Shown: piece after piece, positions 25,534-27,113 of the stretch | Layout: each line of letters begins with the position of its first letter | Numbering within the stretch: position 1 is the first letter of the stretch | Source of the DNA: Chthoniobacteraceae bacterium | GTDB taxonomy: Bacteria; Verrucomicrobiota; Verrucomicrobiia; Chthoniobacterales; Chthoniobacteraceae | Length of the DNA: 27,113 nt | Reading direction: 5' to 3' | Assembly: GCA_037190965.1 (NCBI GenBank) | Contig: JBBCKI010000017.1 | Location: forward strand, 1-27,113 | The notes under the pieces: model-generated | What the model saw: only the letters and a program-made list of their open reading frames with translations | The model's database searches: none | What the model was told of the DNA's origin: nothing | Position numbers and translations under genes: made by a program

Positions 25534-26695
25534 TTTCCCCTGCGGCAACGGCCGAATTCACTGGATCAAACCGGGACATTTTGAAGTTGAGTCGATCGCC
25601 TACAGCAAGGCGCCCCGGTATGTCTGTTTCCGGATCAGCGACGTTGAGTTTCCCCGGGAGGTGGGTGTCGTCATCCGACCTGATCGCCATTCCCACGACG
25701 ATTTCAGAGGCTTTCAAGGGCGGATCTGGGTAAAGCGCGGAGAAAAGGGAAATTGGCAGGCCTTGGACAATTCACAGGTGAAATTCTCTCCTGAAGCCAT
25801 TCGCTTCCCTCTTCAACTACATCCGGCGGAAACGGTCTATATTAGCACCGAGCCAGCACGATCCTACGGCGATACCAGTCGCGAACTTTTTCATCTGGCC
25901 GAAAAGCACACAGACATCACATCCATCCGTTCGATCGGCGCTTCGATGGAAGAGCGCCCCCTGATTGTGTTACGGGTGTCAGGCGAACGGGCTGAGCCAG
26001 GGAGAATGAAGCCGATGGTTTTTGTCGTCGCCGGAGAACATGCCACAGAATTCGCGGGAGAGGAGATCGTTCGCGGTATCCTCTCCGCCGTCCTCGGAAA
26101 CAACCCGGTTGGCAGAGCGCTTCGGGAGGAGTTTGACTTCGAGTTTCTTCTGAATGCCAACCCCGATGGAAATTTCCACGGCTGGCACCAGTATAACTGC
26201 AAGGACTGGCGTGAACACAATTACGCCGACCGCCGTGACCGGAGCTGGCATCACGAATTTGGCGATTACTTTCGGGGAGGGCGCGACAAGGTTTCGCCAG
26301 AAACACTAGCGATCGGGGAATGGGTTGAACAGAGACAACCCGCTTTTGTGCTCAATGCACATAGCTGGACCGGTCACTCCGGAAACCCTGGTGCGTTCCG
26401 CACGGCGCCCGAACTCCTCCAGGAACCGTTGCGCTCACAAATGGAACAGCTCGACGCAGGAGCCATTGCCGTGGCGCGGTCGCTCGGCTTCGATTTCGAA
26501 GTTTTTCCATCCTCCAATATTTGTGCGGGCCATCTTGTCGATTTGTTAATCGAGAATGGCAAAGGGATCGGCTATGCGATCGAAGGCCATCCCAACCTCG
26601 GCCGCGAGCTTGCCCAGCATTTCGGGACAAAGCTCATCGAGAGGTGGTTGCTTCAAGACCGCCTTCTCGATATCGCCAGGATGGCGGTTTCATAA
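25517..26695 (+). CDS. M14-family zinc metallohydrolase (carboxypeptidase fold)
   Basis: IGASMEERPL, AGEHATE (HxxE), NANPDG, SPET, LNAHSW (third Zn ligand) and YAIE. 17-nt overlap with the upstream gene. Confidence 0.8.
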   Translation: MIARTDFPCGNGRIHWIKPGHFEVESIAYSKAPRYVCFRISDVEFPREVGVVIRPDRHSHDDFRGFQGRIWVKRGEKGNWQALDNSQVKFSPEAIRFPLQLHPAETVYISTEPARSYGDTSRELFHLAEKHTDITSIRSIGASMEERPLIVLRVSGERAEPGRMKPMVFVVAGEHATEFAGEEIVRGILSAVLGNNPVGRALREEFDFEFLLNANPDGNFHGWHQYNCKDWREHNYADRRDRSWHHEFGDYFRGGRDKVSPETLAIGEWVEQRQPAFVLNAHSWTGHSGNPGAFRTAPELLQEPLRSQMEQLDAGAIAVARSLGFDFEVFPSSNICAGHLVDLLIENGKGIGYAIEGHPNLGRELAQHFGTKLIERWLLQDRLLDIARMAVS

Positions 26696-26703
26696 GCCAT
26701 CTC

Positions 26704-26780
26704 ATTGCGGCGGCGGATTCCAACACCTCCGCAATGACCGACCTCCATGTCGAGATACGGTGATGGGAGCGACCTAGGTA
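26704..26780 (-). pseudogene. glf: Frameshifted remnant of the glf 3' end
   Basis: 26717-26754 matches 18774-18810 with one substitution and one inserted base. The minus strand reads YLGR/fs/YLDMEV/fs/VIAEVLESAA versus FLGRLATYRYLDMEVVIAEALELAA in intact glf. Confidence 0.85.
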
Positions 26781-26870
26781 CTGGTATTACTACGTTGAAT
26801 CATGGCTTTGGCAAAAGGTCCTCGAAAGCTAACCATTCTGTTCGTTGCTTTCGGAACAAAGTGAGATTTC

Positions 26871-26966
26871 CAACCCGGAGGGTTGAAGGAAATTAGCCGG
26901 TGGTGGAGTGTAGCGGAACCACCGGAACCTCGAAGAAAATCATATCCACCCCGGAGGGGTGGTGGA
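26871..26966. repeat. CCCGGAGGG-type multi-hairpin palindromic element
   Basis: Hairpins CAACC-cggag-GGTTG (26871-85), CCGGTGGT...ACCACCGG (26897-26925) and CCACCCC-gga-GGGGTGG (26946-62). Confidence 0.7.
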
Positions 26967-26993
26967 GTAGAGGGTCCGTTCCGACCACAAGGG

Positions 26994-27113
26994 TGACAGT
27001 TTCTTCCGGACACATGGGTTACAAACTGGGGGATGCCCTGGAAACAAACCGATGCGATGAGCGAACGAGTAAAACTGATGAGCGAGTATCTCAGTGGAGA
27101 CTGGGGTGTAACC
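26994..27113 (+). mobile_element. Left end of an IS481-family insertion sequence (truncated by the window)
   Basis: TGACAGTTTCTTCCGGACACATGGGTTACA resembles IS481-type left ends and precedes a transposase-like start. The exact boundary is uncertain. Confidence 0.7.
27033..27113 (+). CDS. IS481-family transposase, N-terminal 27 codons (partial)
   Basis: MPWKQTDAMSERVKLMSEYLSGDWGVT matches the MPWKxxxxMxER start typical of IS481 transposases; GGGGG just upstream. Confidence 0.75.
   Translation, partial: MPWKQTDAMSERVKLMSEYLSGDWGVT

Noticed and set aside
26774..27013. 79-aa minus-strand ORF
   Set aside because: It runs across the palindromic repeat and the IS end and shows no protein-like motifs.

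Overview
A GC-rich bacterial window, most likely Verrucomicrobiota (inferred from PEP-CTERM, prepilin/H-X9-DG and DUF6600-like proteins and the repeat types). Left part (0.2-9.5 kb): a DUF6600-like secreted protein with 111-bp repeats, a thioredoxin-like 2Fe-2S ferredoxin coupled to an orphan amino-acid ABC binding protein, a multidomain GT2, a membrane hypothetical, an NHL-repeat protein and a Bcr/CflA MFS pump. Middle (9.7-19.9 kb): glycan-synthesis genes (two tandem GT4 paralogues, a third GT4, fcl, gmd, glf) interleaved with tal and a CinA/NadD-like conserved protein. Right (20.0-26.7 kb): a co-oriented cassette of LacI regulator, PEP-CTERM protein, prepilin/H-X9-DG protein, PcRGLX/YetA-like putative lyase and an atypical M14 metallohydrolase, with a clear promoter and operator candidate. 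This cassette is bracketed by intact glf on the left and a frameshifted copy of the glf 3' end on the right. Four distinct palindromic intergenic repeat families occur. Each window end shows an IS boundary abutting a palindromic repeat (IS1182-like end at left, IS481-like start at right). All family calls come from motif recognition, not database searches.
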